NCBI GenBank assembly: GCA_043788365.1
Contig: JAYVTZ010000002.1
Coordinates: forward strand, 124,032-188,031
From: Burkholderiaceae bacterium
GTDB taxonomy: Bacteria; Patescibacteriota; Saccharimonadia; Saccharimonadales; AQU-01
DNA length: 64,000 bases
Direction: 5' to 3'
Shown: positions 40,862 to 49,711 of the stretch, one piece after another
Numbering within the stretch: position 1 is the first letter of the stretch
Layout: every line of letters begins with the position of its first letter
Position numbers and translations under genes: made by a program
The notes under the pieces: model-generated
Database searches by the model: none
What the model saw: only the letters and a program-made list of their open reading frames with translations
Told to the model about the DNA's origin: nothing

Positions 40862-41806
40862 TTGATGCAAACTGTAATTATCACTGGCGTCAACGGATTC
40901 GTTGGCAAACACCTGGTGCGCGAACTCCACAGTCAAAAAGTTAACATTATTGGAATTGGCCGAGAGCCTAGCACCTCGTCTGATATCGCTAATCTACTAA
41001 GTGAATATTGGGTATGCGATTTGACTAATCATATCGAGGTTAACAACTACCCTTGGGAAAAGGCCGATTCAATAATTAGCCTGGCCGGACTAGCCCAAGT
41101 TGGCGCCTCATTTAATAATCCTGAATTTTATAAAAGTCTAAATGTTGCTGTCTTGGCTAACATTTATGAATACTTGAGTAGGGGCAACCTAAAAACTAAG
41201 GTTATTGCTGTCAGCACCGGGGCTGTTTATGACCCCTTCCAGCCGATGCCTCTTAACGAAAACTCTAAATTGGCCACTCAGCCATCACCATATGCCGAGA
41301 GTAAGATGCTCATGGAGAAGTCTGTAAACGCATACCGTGAAAAAGGCCTAGATATTGTAGTGGTGCGTCCTTTTAACCACATTGGGCCTGGCCAAGAACC
41401 AGGTTTCTTGGTCCCAGACTTATATAAAAGGATAGTTGACGCAATTACAACTAACAAGCCTTTAAAAGTCGGCAATCTCGAAACCAGACGCGATTATACC
41501 GATGTTCGCGACGTTGTTAAGGCCTACGCCCTGCTCGCATTAACCAAAGACGGCCAGTTACATAAGTCGCTTTATAATGTTTGTAGTGGCACTTCGCTGA
41601 GCGGTAATCAAATTCTAGAAGTCTTCAAGAAAATTGTCCCTGAATCAGACCAATTGGTAGTTGAAATCGACCAATCATTAATCCGTCCCAATGACCCTGT
41701 CGAACTAATCGGTGATAATCAGGCGCTCAAGGCCGATACCGGCTGGCAACCAGCCATTCAATACGTACAGACGATTGCTGACTTTGTGTCAGCTCAGGGT
41801 GTCTGA
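40862..41806 (+). CDS. NAD-dependent epimerase/dehydratase, GDP-4-dehydro-6-deoxy-D-mannose reductase (Rmd)-like
   Basis: VIITGVNGFVGKHL Rossmann motif and a YAESKMLMEK catalytic YxxxK. It is divergent from gmd. Confidence 0.6.
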   Translation: MMQTVIITGVNGFVGKHLVRELHSQKVNIIGIGREPSTSSDIANLLSEYWVCDLTNHIEVNNYPWEKADSIISLAGLAQVGASFNNPEFYKSLNVAVLANIYEYLSRGNLKTKVIAVSTGAVYDPFQPMPLNENSKLATQPSPYAESKMLMEKSVNAYREKGLDIVVVRPFNHIGPGQEPGFLVPDLYKRIVDAITTNKPLKVGNLETRRDYTDVRDVVKAYALLALTKDGQLHKSLYNVCSGTSLSGNQILEVFKKIVPESDQLVVEIDQSLIRPNDPVELIGDNQALKADTGWQPAIQYVQTIADFVSAQGV

Positions 41807-41819
41807 TAAGAGAAGGCTA

Positions 41820-42812
41820 CTAGTTATCGGCTTTTTCGATCTCGAAATCGTGACTTACCATCATTTTAACGAGACCAGGGAAATCAACTTTACGTTTCCA
41901 GCCAAGGACCTTTTCGGCTTTTGACGGATCACCAAGTAGAACATCTACTTCTGCTGGGCGCATGAATGCTGGATCCTGCTTTACATATGGCTTCCAATCG
42001 TCAATGCCAATTTCTTTGAAAGCAAGGTCTAGGAACTCTTTAATTGAGTGGGTCTCACCAGTAGCTAGAATAAAATCATCAGGCTTGTCTTGCTGAAGCA
42101 TCAACCACATTCCTTCGACGAAGTCACCAGCGTAACCCCAGTCGCGTTTTGGTGTTAAGTCGCCCAGTACGATTTCGTCCTGAAGCCCTAGCTTGATACG
42201 AGCAACGGCCTTACTAATCTTTCTGGTTACGAATTCGGTGCCTCGATAAGGTCCTTCGTGGTTGAATAAAATCCCACAGGCGATGAACATGCCGTAACTC
42301 TCGCGATAATTACGCGCCGTCCAGTGACCAAACAACTTAGACACACCATACGGGCTACGTGGATGAAACGGCGACTCTTCAGTGTAGCCGTTTTTTGGCC
42401 GGTTATAGTCAAGGCCGCCAAACATTTCTGAGGTTGAGGCTTGGTAAATGCGCATTGTTTTCTCACCACCGACTATTCTGACCGACTCCAATAGATTAAG
42501 CACACCCTTACCGGTGACGTCAGCTGTCAAAATTGGCTCTTTAAACGATCCACCGACAAAGCTCCAAGCACCTAAGTTGTAAATCTCGTCAGGCTTAGCG
42601 ACTTGTAAGGCTCTAATGATTGACGACACGTCGGTTAGATCACCTTCAATCAGTTTTACTTCAGGTAAGTTTGCTTCTACGACAAATCTTTTGGGATTAT
42701 GCTGACCGCGTATTAGGCCAAAAACCTCATACTTCTTAGATAATAAAAGTTTGGCTAGGTGGTGGCCATCTTGACCAGTAATGCCTGTAATAAGTGCTCT
42801 TTTTGCCATCAA
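41820..42812 (-). CDS. gmd: GDP-mannose 4,6-dehydratase
   Basis: RALITGITGQDGHHLAKLLLSKKYEVFG, YGVSKLFGHW, 330 aa. Classic Gmd. Confidence 0.9.
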   Translation of the reverse strand: MMAKRALITGITGQDGHHLAKLLLSKKYEVFGLIRGQHNPKRFVVEANLPEVKLIEGDLTDVSSIIRALQVAKPDEIYNLGAWSFVGGSFKEPILTADVTGKGVLNLLESVRIVGGEKTMRIYQASTSEMFGGLDYNRPKNGYTEESPFHPRSPYGVSKLFGHWTARNYRESYGMFIACGILFNHEGPYRGTEFVTRKISKAVARIKLGLQDEIVLGDLTPKRDWGYAGDFVEGMWLMLQQDKPDDFILATGETHSIKEFLDLAFKEIGIDDWKPYVKQDPAFMRPAEVDVLLGDPSKAEKVLGWKRKVDFPGLVKMMVSHDFEIEKADN

Positions 42813-42937
42813 ATCTCCTTATCTGCTAAGGTTACATTTTAACAGATATAAACTGATAGTTTAAGGTTGCTACTTGGTATTTGTTAGAATTTATGTAGTT
42901 CACCGAGGTAAAAATTTTGTAGTATTATTAGATAAAG

Positions 42938-43012
42938 ATGAAAAAAATTGTGATTGATGCGCGGGAACTGAGGACCAGCTCTGGCAAAGGACACCAGAGG
43001 TTCAACCTCTAA
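42938..43012 (+). pseudogene. Diverged duplicate of the first ~16 codons of the downstream GT4 gene, running into the element repeat (MKKIVIDARELRTSSGKGHQRFNL*)
   Basis: 42918..42985 is about 87% identical to 43799..43866, which holds the ribosome-binding site and start of the GT4 gene at 43819. Confidence 0.45.
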
Positions 43013-43034
43013 CAGATGGGGTTTTTGTGATTTG
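42996..43034. repeat. Left 39-bp direct repeat of the transposase element (agaggttcaacctctaacagatggggtttttgtgatttg)
   Basis: Identical to 43729..43767. Confidence 0.8.
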
Positions 43035-43040
43035 CAAAAA

Positions 43041-43655
43041 TTACAGATGAGCCAGCTCGTGCTTTAGCTCGTGAAGTATCTCCATTCGGTCCTCATAATC
43101 TTGTAGAAACGTCATATACTCCTCTGCCCCACTAAACAACCCTTCTATCCTTGCCTTTTCAAGCCACTCAACTGACTCCAAACCAAAATAGTATTTTAGA
43201 CTAGAGTACTTATACCGTTGCCAATACCTCGGATTGAGATGAATATAGCGTGAAACGTGCGTCAGGTAAGTGTCAGAACTTATCAACGAAGCCTTGTAAG
43301 TACTCTCATAAATAGACCCAGACCTCTTGTACTTGAGATTAGAATACCGGCAGTAGCTCGACATAATGCTTTTCATTAACAGGCTCATCTGTCCTTGATC
43401 TTTTTGATAGATAAGCAGGTGGAAATGATTCTTCATCAAACAAAATGCCAATAGCTCTACTTTACCAAAATAATGAGGGTAACTCACAAATGACTTGTCT
43501 AGTTTCGGATATGCGGAAAGGTATCTGGCAAATAAGCCAATAAAGTACTTATAGTCTGATGTATCTAGAAATATCGGCAACTTGCTGGCACCTCTTGCAT
43601 AGATGTGATAATAGTTGTTTGAAGCATCAAATTTCAAAATATTTCTTGATGGCAT
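43041..43655 (-). CDS. tnpA: IS200-like / REP-associated tyrosine (Y1, HUH) transposase
   Basis: HFHLLIY (HUH motif) and a downstream YIHLNPRYW tyrosine motif. 204 aa. Confidence 0.7.
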   Translation of the reverse strand: MPSRNILKFDASNNYYHIYARGASKLPIFLDTSDYKYFIGLFARYLSAYPKLDKSFVSYPHYFGKVELLAFCLMKNHFHLLIYQKDQGQMSLLMKSIMSSYCRYSNLKYKRSGSIYESTYKASLISSDTYLTHVSRYIHLNPRYWQRYKYSSLKYYFGLESVEWLEKARIEGLFSGAEEYMTFLQDYEDRMEILHELKHELAHL

Positions 43656-43728
43656 ATTTTCAATGTAGCCTAGTCTGCTGACGGAACATAAAGCACGAGC
43701 TTATAAATTCACATTCTATTCATCTGTT

Positions 43729-43767
43729 AGAGGTTCAACCTCTAACAGATGGGGTTTTTGTGATTTG
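43729..43767. repeat. Right 39-bp direct repeat. With 5 more upstream bases it forms the 10-bp-stem palindrome ctgttagagg ttcaa cctctaacag (43724..43748).
   Basis: Identical to 42996..43034. Confidence 0.8.
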
Positions 43768-43818
43768 TTTCAAGAGTCGGTGAGGATTGTAATGAGGTTG
43801 TAGTATTATTAAGTCTAG

Positions 43819-44916
43819 ATGAAAAAAATTGTAATTGATGCCAGGGAACTCCGGACCAGCTCGGGGCGGTATGTTGAGCGACTTCTGCACTACTTGCAGC
43901 AAATTGATAACGAGCATGATTATGTGGTTCTGGTAAGGCCAGAAGATTTTGATGGCTGGAAGCCTAGCAACAAAAAGTTTAAGAAAATTGTCTCACCTTA
44001 TAAGGAGTTCACTTTTTCGGAACAACTGGGTTTTCTAAAGCAAATTAAGGGGCTGGAGCCTGACCTTGTTCATTTTGTCATGGCTCAGCAGCCAATTTTG
44101 TATAGAGGCAAGGTGGTTACAACTATTAATGACCTAACCACTCTTAAGTTTCGTAATCCGGCCAAAAATAAATACGTGTTTATGACCAAGCAACAGGTTT
44201 ATAAGTATTTGAATAAGATAGTGACCCGTAAGTCGGTATCGATTATTACTTTCACTGAGTATGTTAAAGACGCCGTCGCCCGATTTGCCCACATAAATAG
44301 CAGGGAAATTACTGTGACTTATTTAGCGGCTGACGAGATTACCGAACTAACTAAACCAGTCGAAGGCATAGGCGAGGATGACAAATTCATTATGTACGTT
44401 GGTCGACCGCTTCCCCACAAAAACCTCGAAAAATTGGTGTCGGCCTTCACCATGCTCAAAGAAACTCACCCAGATCTTAAATTAGTGCTGGCTGGGCGCA
44501 AAGATACGCTTTATAAGCGGATAAAGCGTAGTATCGAATCAGCTGGCTTAACAGATATAATCTTCACAGATTTTGTAAGTGAGGGGCAGCTGAAGTGGCT
44601 TTACGAGTACACCGCCGCCTACGTCTTCCCTTCCTTGTCGGAAGGTTTTGGTCTGCCTGCCCTCGAAGCCATGATGCACGGTGCACCGGTAGTGTCGTCA
44701 GACGCCACCTGCTTACCAGAAGTTTATGGCGAGGCGGCCGAGTACTTTAACCCTCACGACCCGTTCGAAATGGCCAGTGCCATAGCACGTGTAATTGATA
44801 ATCCGTCGCGTTCTAAAGAGTTAATTAGGCTAGGCAAAGCCCAAGCCAACAAATACTCGTGGCAAAAAACCGCCGAGCAAACCCTGGAAGTCTACAAGCA
44901 AGCCCTGGGCGAATAG
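43819..44916 (+). CDS. Glycosyltransferase family 4
   Basis: EGFGLPALEAMMHGAPVVSSD GT4 motif. 365 aa. Confidence 0.8.
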   Translation: MKKIVIDARELRTSSGRYVERLLHYLQQIDNEHDYVVLVRPEDFDGWKPSNKKFKKIVSPYKEFTFSEQLGFLKQIKGLEPDLVHFVMAQQPILYRGKVVTTINDLTTLKFRNPAKNKYVFMTKQQVYKYLNKIVTRKSVSIITFTEYVKDAVARFAHINSREITVTYLAADEITELTKPVEGIGEDDKFIMYVGRPLPHKNLEKLVSAFTMLKETHPDLKLVLAGRKDTLYKRIKRSIESAGLTDIIFTDFVSEGQLKWLYEYTAAYVFPSLSEGFGLPALEAMMHGAPVVSSDATCLPEVYGEAAEYFNPHDPFEMASAIARVIDNPSRSKELIRLGKAQANKYSWQKTAEQTLEVYKQALGE

Positions 44917-44917
44917 G

Positions 44918-45316
44918 TTACTTTGTTGCATCTACGGAGTGTAGACCAGTCACGACCGACTCTAGCATGCGATGATCACTTGTTATAAGTGTCATGTGTT
45001 TGGCTACAGCCTGGGCTACAAGTGCCGCATCAAAGGGGTCGGCTTGGGGCAAGTTCTGTTGCTCGACAAACTGCTTGGCAACGAGTGTGTCAAAACGTAG
45101 CTCTAATAATCTACCCTCCGAAATCTCGCGGTCAACGTCAGCAAAATTCATTTTTAACTTACCTAATCTGATTTTTATACTGCATTCAAACAGACTAAGG
45201 TTTGATATATAGACATCATTCTTAAGGTCTGCGATACTTGCTCGAGCTTTTTTACCTAATTTTGGACTGTCGGTGACCCACCAGATAAAAGCATTGGTAT
45301 CAAGCAAAATTATCAT
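44918..45316 (-). CDS. vapC: PIN-domain toxin
   Basis: MIILLDTNAFIWW...D...A PIN acidic residues. 132 aa. Immediately downstream of a small antitoxin-like gene. Confidence 0.8.
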   Translation of the reverse strand: MIILLDTNAFIWWVTDSPKLGKKARASIADLKNDVYISNLSLFECSIKIRLGKLKMNFADVDREISEGRLLELRFDTLVAKQFVEQQNLPQADPFDAALVAQAVAKHMTLITSDHRMLESVVTGLHSVDATK

Positions 45317-45321
45317 CGTGA

Positions 45322-45606
45322 CTACTTTTTACTCCCAATTACATCCCAAAGCCCCATGAGAGGTTCATCAAAATTATCACTGACCCAAATTTTGTCCTTT
45401 AGGGCCCCAGGAGTTCGTGTTTTTTTAGAGCCTGACAAAGGGACAATTTTGGCGACAACCTTACCGTGCTTACCAAGCAAGATTTCTTGGCCTCCAATCG
45501 CTTGGTCCAAATATTTAGAATAATTTGTTTTAAGGTCATGGACATTAACAACGTGTTTCATAGGAGTTATTTTAACAAAACGGACTAAGTTAGTCAATTT
45601 AGTCAT
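45322..45606 (-). CDS. Phd/YefM-family antitoxin
   Basis: 94 aa. VNVHDLKTNYSKYLDQAIGGQEILLGKHGKVVAKIVPL matches the Phd/YefM N-terminal pattern. Spaced 5 nt from vapC. Confidence 0.65.
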   Translation of the reverse strand: MTKLTNLVRFVKITPMKHVVNVHDLKTNYSKYLDQAIGGQEILLGKHGKVVAKIVPLSGSKKTRTPGALKDKIWVSDNFDEPLMGLWDVIGSKK

Positions 45607-46129
45607 AAATCACTCGCCTAACATATTTACCACAACTAAGGCTGATTTTAATCTGATAGTTATCTCCGCTAGTTTGGTTGACTTTGCTGCGGCCGAAGAT
45701 ACACTCCATGCCTGTTGGCGTGTGAGTATAGACGTTCGTGACTGGGTCATTTGGGTCGAGGTCGAGACGCGAACTAGATTTCGGCACAAATTTAGCGACT
45801 TGGTTGATGGATGTATTGATAGTTGTTTCGAAGTTTTTGATTTCAGTATTACTGATTGGTTCGAAGTTAGCAGTAATGTTACAGCTCAGTTTGCCACCCC
45901 CAAATTCAACTGTGTCGTGACGACAATACCTTTCAACATCAAAAGACATTTTTGGATCTTCGGCCGTGATCGCTGTGGTTAGCCGACCGACGTCTTGGTC
46001 AACCAGCTTAAAATCTGACTTATCGGCTCTGAGCTGAAAATAGCTATTAACAAAATATATACTTGTGGTGGCTATTACCAAAACAAGTACCACGATTCCG
46101 AATTTGGACTTAGTTATTTTCAACAACAT
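45599..46129 (-). CDS. Membrane-anchored hypothetical protein
   Basis: N-terminal transmembrane helix (IVVLVLVIATTSIYFV). Overlaps the antitoxin gene start by 8 nt. Confidence 0.45.
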   Translation of the reverse strand: MLLKITKSKFGIVVLVLVIATTSIYFVNSYFQLRADKSDFKLVDQDVGRLTTAITAEDPKMSFDVERYCRHDTVEFGGGKLSCNITANFEPISNTEIKNFETTINTSINQVAKFVPKSSSRLDLDPNDPVTNVYTHTPTGMECIFGRSKVNQTSGDNYQIKISLSCGKYVRRVIYD

Positions 46130-46294
46130 CTTACTTGCCTATTTCTCTCCAAATTCCTGGTGAGCATACCTCCCCACTTTAATCATAAACCACTTTTTGT
46201 ATCTAAAAATGAATTAAGTATGAACTTTTGAAACGCTAGCTTTTTGAGTATGAGATAAAGAATTTACTGCCGTAATAAAAAGGCGGGCGACGAA

Positions 46295-48868
46295 ATGAAT
46301 AGAAAATATTATTTTAATAAAAGATTAGTGGCAACCTCTTTAATGTCCTTCTGCATTTTGGCGGTAATAGTCATATTCATTTCGTCGCATGTCGGAGCTA
46401 ATACTTCAGCCTCTCCCTGGTTAAGTATTGCTAATCCAACACTGCTTAAAGAATTTGACTTGGGTTCAGGCGACAGCTTTCCGTCAACCGTCGCAGGCCT
46501 TGGCAACAGAGATTGCCAAAATGAAACAGTATTAACTCGTCCAGCCAAACTACTACAGTCACCACAGACAACAACCGATTGTTTTGTGCGCACGAGTTTT
46601 GGACTAGCTAGTAGTAACGGACTGTTACGTTTCGGTAACGCCAAAATATCTGGTAGAGCTGTTAATTTTGGTAGTTATCTTGGCGGCTTAATCGCCATAC
46701 CTAGCTCCAACGACATCATCAACTTCACCAGCTCACCGTCTGGTGGTTTGTTCTTGCAGTTCAGTCGTTCTTTACCAGCTCCAATTACGGTTGATGTCGC
46801 GTCGTCGGGTGATGTAAGTTATCGCTTTAATCAACCGGCGAGCGCGGGCCTACGTGACCAGGCGGGTAACTTATTAGCCGCCCAAACCGATAGTCTAAGT
46901 TTCTCGACTAACGGCAAATGGATGGTAGTTGACTCGCCTTTTCGAGCAACTTTGCGTGTCAATCTGGACACTCTGGAAGTTCTGCCGTTTCGGGCGGCAT
47001 TTAATTACCAACTGGGTCTGGCACCAGCGCTGCAAACCGCAATCAGCAATGATGGTCGCTATGCTGTTGTGGCTTCGGCAAACTACTCGGTTTTGACGCT
47101 ATATGATTTAAGCACCTGCGCGCCACCACCAGCCACAATCAACGGGCCCGTTAACTGCCAGTCACGCAATCTACTGCCCTATATGCAGGGCCAACTGGCT
47201 GGCTTTGCCGGCACGTTTAATATCCGTTTTATCGCCGACGAAATTATTCAGTTATATGGCATTTCGACCACTGCTGGCGTTACAAAAAGGTCATTTTTTA
47301 CTCTTTTGGCACCCGGCCAAACCCAGATCAAAATCACTTATCTTGGTATGGGTGATTCGTTTTCGTCAGGCGAAGGCGACAACTTGGGCGGTACTTATTA
47401 CGAACCCGGCACCGACGAGACAACGAACCTCTGTCACTTAAGCAAGCGAAGCTACCCTTATTTAATTAAGTCTGATCTTAAAATCAGCGATTTCCATAGC
47501 GTAGCGTGTAGTGGTGCACTTGAACAAAACATTAATAGCCTTAGTAGTGGAGGTGCCCAATATATTCATAATGATTTAAGTAACTTCTGGCAACCTGGGT
47601 ATCAAAGACAACTAGACTATCTCTCTGTTTCAAAACCAAACTTCTTGACCATATCAGTCGGCGGCAATGATGTAGGATTTTCTGATATTCTAGTCGAGTG
47701 CGCCACTTCACACTTCAAAATACCCTTACCGAATACTTGTGGATACGCTAGTAATCAGTCTGACCGTGCAAACGTTGCCAAATTAATTGCTGACCAATAT
47801 GTTAGGTTGAAAAGTCTATACCAGGAACTTATTAGATCTACGAATGGTAAAACCAAGATTTATGTTGTTGGCTATCCTGAGTTTGTTTTGGAAACGGGTG
47901 GTAGTTGTGGTGTTAATGTTCATTTAAACGACCAGGAACGTGAGTTCATTGCTAAGAGTGTCCACTATATGGACCAGGTGGTCAAATCAGCCGCCGAGGC
48001 GGCTGGAGTCCAATACCTAGATGTCGAAGATGCCTTGACTGGGCATAATCTGTGTAGCATAGTCAGTGACTCACAAATGGCGGTTAATGGCCTGACTGAG
48101 GGTAATGACAACCATTTACCGTGGTGGGCAGGATACTTGATAGGTGGTATTGCGAGTGTAATAGGCGTGCAGAGACTGGGGTTGGGAAATGAGAGTTTTC
48201 ACCCCAATCCAATAGGTCACTACCTGATGCATAACAAAATTCTCAGCCTGACTGGTGGTGACCTTGGCAGTTTTGTAGTCTGTCCGGCCACTCCATCCTT
48301 ATTTTTATGTCCAAGGGGCGACGGTAGTATACCCTTACCTGATTTAAATTACTTCGGGAGTGGTGCCTACAACTATATTAATAGTCTAAATAGTGCTGCG
48401 GCCGGTCAGACGTCGGTCATACCCGAACCACAAACCCTTATTGTTGGTGACAGCAGCATAACTAGTCAGCAGGTGCATGTTCAAGTCAGCTATTTATTAC
48501 CAAGTTCATCGGTAACTGTAAAGTTTGGCAATACTAGCCTCGGTAACTTTTTAACTTCTGCTGCCGGCAACATCGACACAGTGGTGAGTATAGGTTCGTC
48601 GACACAGCCTGGGTTCGGCAGTCTCCACCTTTTTGCGACAAATATTGCAGGTGAGACTAAGGACTACTTCCAGGATGTTTTTATCCCTGGACCTACTGGC
48701 GATATAAATAATAATGGAGTGCTTGATAGTTCTGAAACTTGTGGCTTTGCAGTCTTGTCTGGCGTTGATATAGATCAGGACGGTGTTGATGACTCTTGTG
48801 ACGGTTCAATCGGCCCACCACCTCCACCTAAACTTACTATCACCGTTCGCAGCCTAACAACAAAATAA
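46295..48868 (+). CDS. Secreted SGNH/GDSL-family hydrolase with a C-terminal Asp-rich, calcium-binding-like repeat region
   Basis: Signal peptide. ITYLGMGDSFSSGEGD is GDS(L) block I. C-terminal DINNNGVLDSSETC...DIDQDGVDDSCD repeats and a PPPPPK linker. Confidence 0.65.
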   Translation: MNRKYYFNKRLVATSLMSFCILAVIVIFISSHVGANTSASPWLSIANPTLLKEFDLGSGDSFPSTVAGLGNRDCQNETVLTRPAKLLQSPQTTTDCFVRTSFGLASSNGLLRFGNAKISGRAVNFGSYLGGLIAIPSSNDIINFTSSPSGGLFLQFSRSLPAPITVDVASSGDVSYRFNQPASAGLRDQAGNLLAAQTDSLSFSTNGKWMVVDSPFRATLRVNLDTLEVLPFRAAFNYQLGLAPALQTAISNDGRYAVVASANYSVLTLYDLSTCAPPPATINGPVNCQSRNLLPYMQGQLAGFAGTFNIRFIADEIIQLYGISTTAGVTKRSFFTLLAPGQTQIKITYLGMGDSFSSGEGDNLGGTYYEPGTDETTNLCHLSKRSYPYLIKSDLKISDFHSVACSGALEQNINSLSSGGAQYIHNDLSNFWQPGYQRQLDYLSVSKPNFLTISVGGNDVGFSDILVECATSHFKIPLPNTCGYASNQSDRANVAKLIADQYVRLKSLYQELIRSTNGKTKIYVVGYPEFVLETGGSCGVNVHLNDQEREFIAKSVHYMDQVVKSAAEAAGVQYLDVEDALTGHNLCSIVSDSQMAVNGLTEGNDNHLPWWAGYLIGGIASVIGVQRLGLGNESFHPNPIGHYLMHNKILSLTGGDLGSFVVCPATPSLFLCPRGDGSIPLPDLNYFGSGAYNYINSLNSAAAGQTSVIPEPQTLIVGDSSITSQQVHVQVSYLLPSSSVTVKFGNTSLGNFLTSAAGNIDTVVSIGSSTQPGFGSLHLFATNIAGETKDYFQDVFIPGPTGDINNNGVLDSSETCGFAVLSGVDIDQDGVDDSCDGSIGPPPPPKLTITVRSLTTK

Positions 48869-48892
48869 CCCGTTCAGGGCTATAATAGAGCT

Positions 48893-49249
48893 ATGACAAC
48901 TGTTACGTTCGATGGCCAAAACATGCTAGTTACCATCCTCGGTATGGATGAGGTCTGGGCACTTAAACACTCACTAACTATTCCTATAGAACACGTTAAG
49001 ACGGCCATTCATGACCCAAAACTTGCCAAAAGGCGGCTCTATCCTGGGCTGCGCATACCTGGCACAGATATTCCGGGTATTATTCGAGCCGGAACTTTTT
49101 ATCGTCGTGGCAAGAGGTTCTTTTGGGATGTTCATCACCCCGACAAATCTATCGTCATAACTCTTGAAAACGAAAAGTACTATCAGTTAATCATTGAGGT
49201 TGAGCACCCAGAAGAGACAGTTGGCCAAATCTTAGCAAAAATCAGCTGA
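48893..49249 (+). CDS. Hypothetical protein
   Basis: 118-aa ORF, no recognised motif. Confidence 0.4.
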   Translation: MTTVTFDGQNMLVTILGMDEVWALKHSLTIPIEHVKTAIHDPKLAKRRLYPGLRIPGTDIPGIIRAGTFYRRGKRFFWDVHHPDKSIVITLENEKYYQLIIEVEHPEETVGQILAKIS

Positions 49250-49711
49250 TTATTTATCGGCGGTTGGCTTTAGGACGATGTGGCGGTCGCGACCCTCGCC
49301 AACTGATTCTGTTTCGACACCGTTTTCTGATGCAGTTTTGTGTACAATCCGTCTATCGGCTGAGTTCATCGGCTCTAGCTCTTTGGCTTTGCCACTAGAT
49401 TTAACTTCTTCGATCCATTCTTTGGCAACTTCTGCCAAACGGTCAGCGCGCTGCTTCTTATAATCGGCAATGTCAACATTGACCCGACTAATAGCGTAGT
49501 CATTATTCTTAAGGGCATTACTAACCATAAACTGCATGGCGCGCATGGTGTCGCCGTGCTGACCAATCAAGAAACCGTTTAAGTGAGTGGATGGAACGTG
49601 GAGTTCTATCACCTCGTCTTCACTGTTAGTGGCGTAAACATCGGTATTAAGACCAAAGAAGGACAACAAGTCCTCTAGGTATTTTTTTGCGTAAATGATT
49701 GACTCTTCCAT
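49250..49711 (-). CDS. jag: Jag/KhpB KH-R3H RNA-binding protein
   Basis: C-terminal R3H motif RRIVHKTASE...GEGRDRHIVL. Positioned after yidC. Confidence 0.8.
   Translation of the reverse strand: MEESIIYAKKYLEDLLSFFGLNTDVYATNSEDEVIELHVPSTHLNGFLIGQHGDTMRAMQFMVSNALKNNDYAISRVNVDIADYKKQRADRLAEVAKEWIEEVKSSGKAKELEPMNSADRRIVHKTASENGVETESVGEGRDRHIVLKPTADK

Larger units (their letters stand above)
42996..43767 (-). mobile_element. IS200/IS605- or RAYT-like single-gene element
   Basis: A Y1 HUH transposase gene is bounded by two identical 39-bp direct repeats (42996..43034 and 43729..43767). Each contains the hairpin motif cctctaacag. The right copy has the full palindrome ctgttagagg-ttcaa-cctctaacag. 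Confidence 0.55.

Noticed and set aside
43735-43917. 60-aa minus-strand ORF across the right repeat and the GT4 start
   Set aside because: It overlaps the GT4 gene start and the 39-bp repeat. It is explained by those features.
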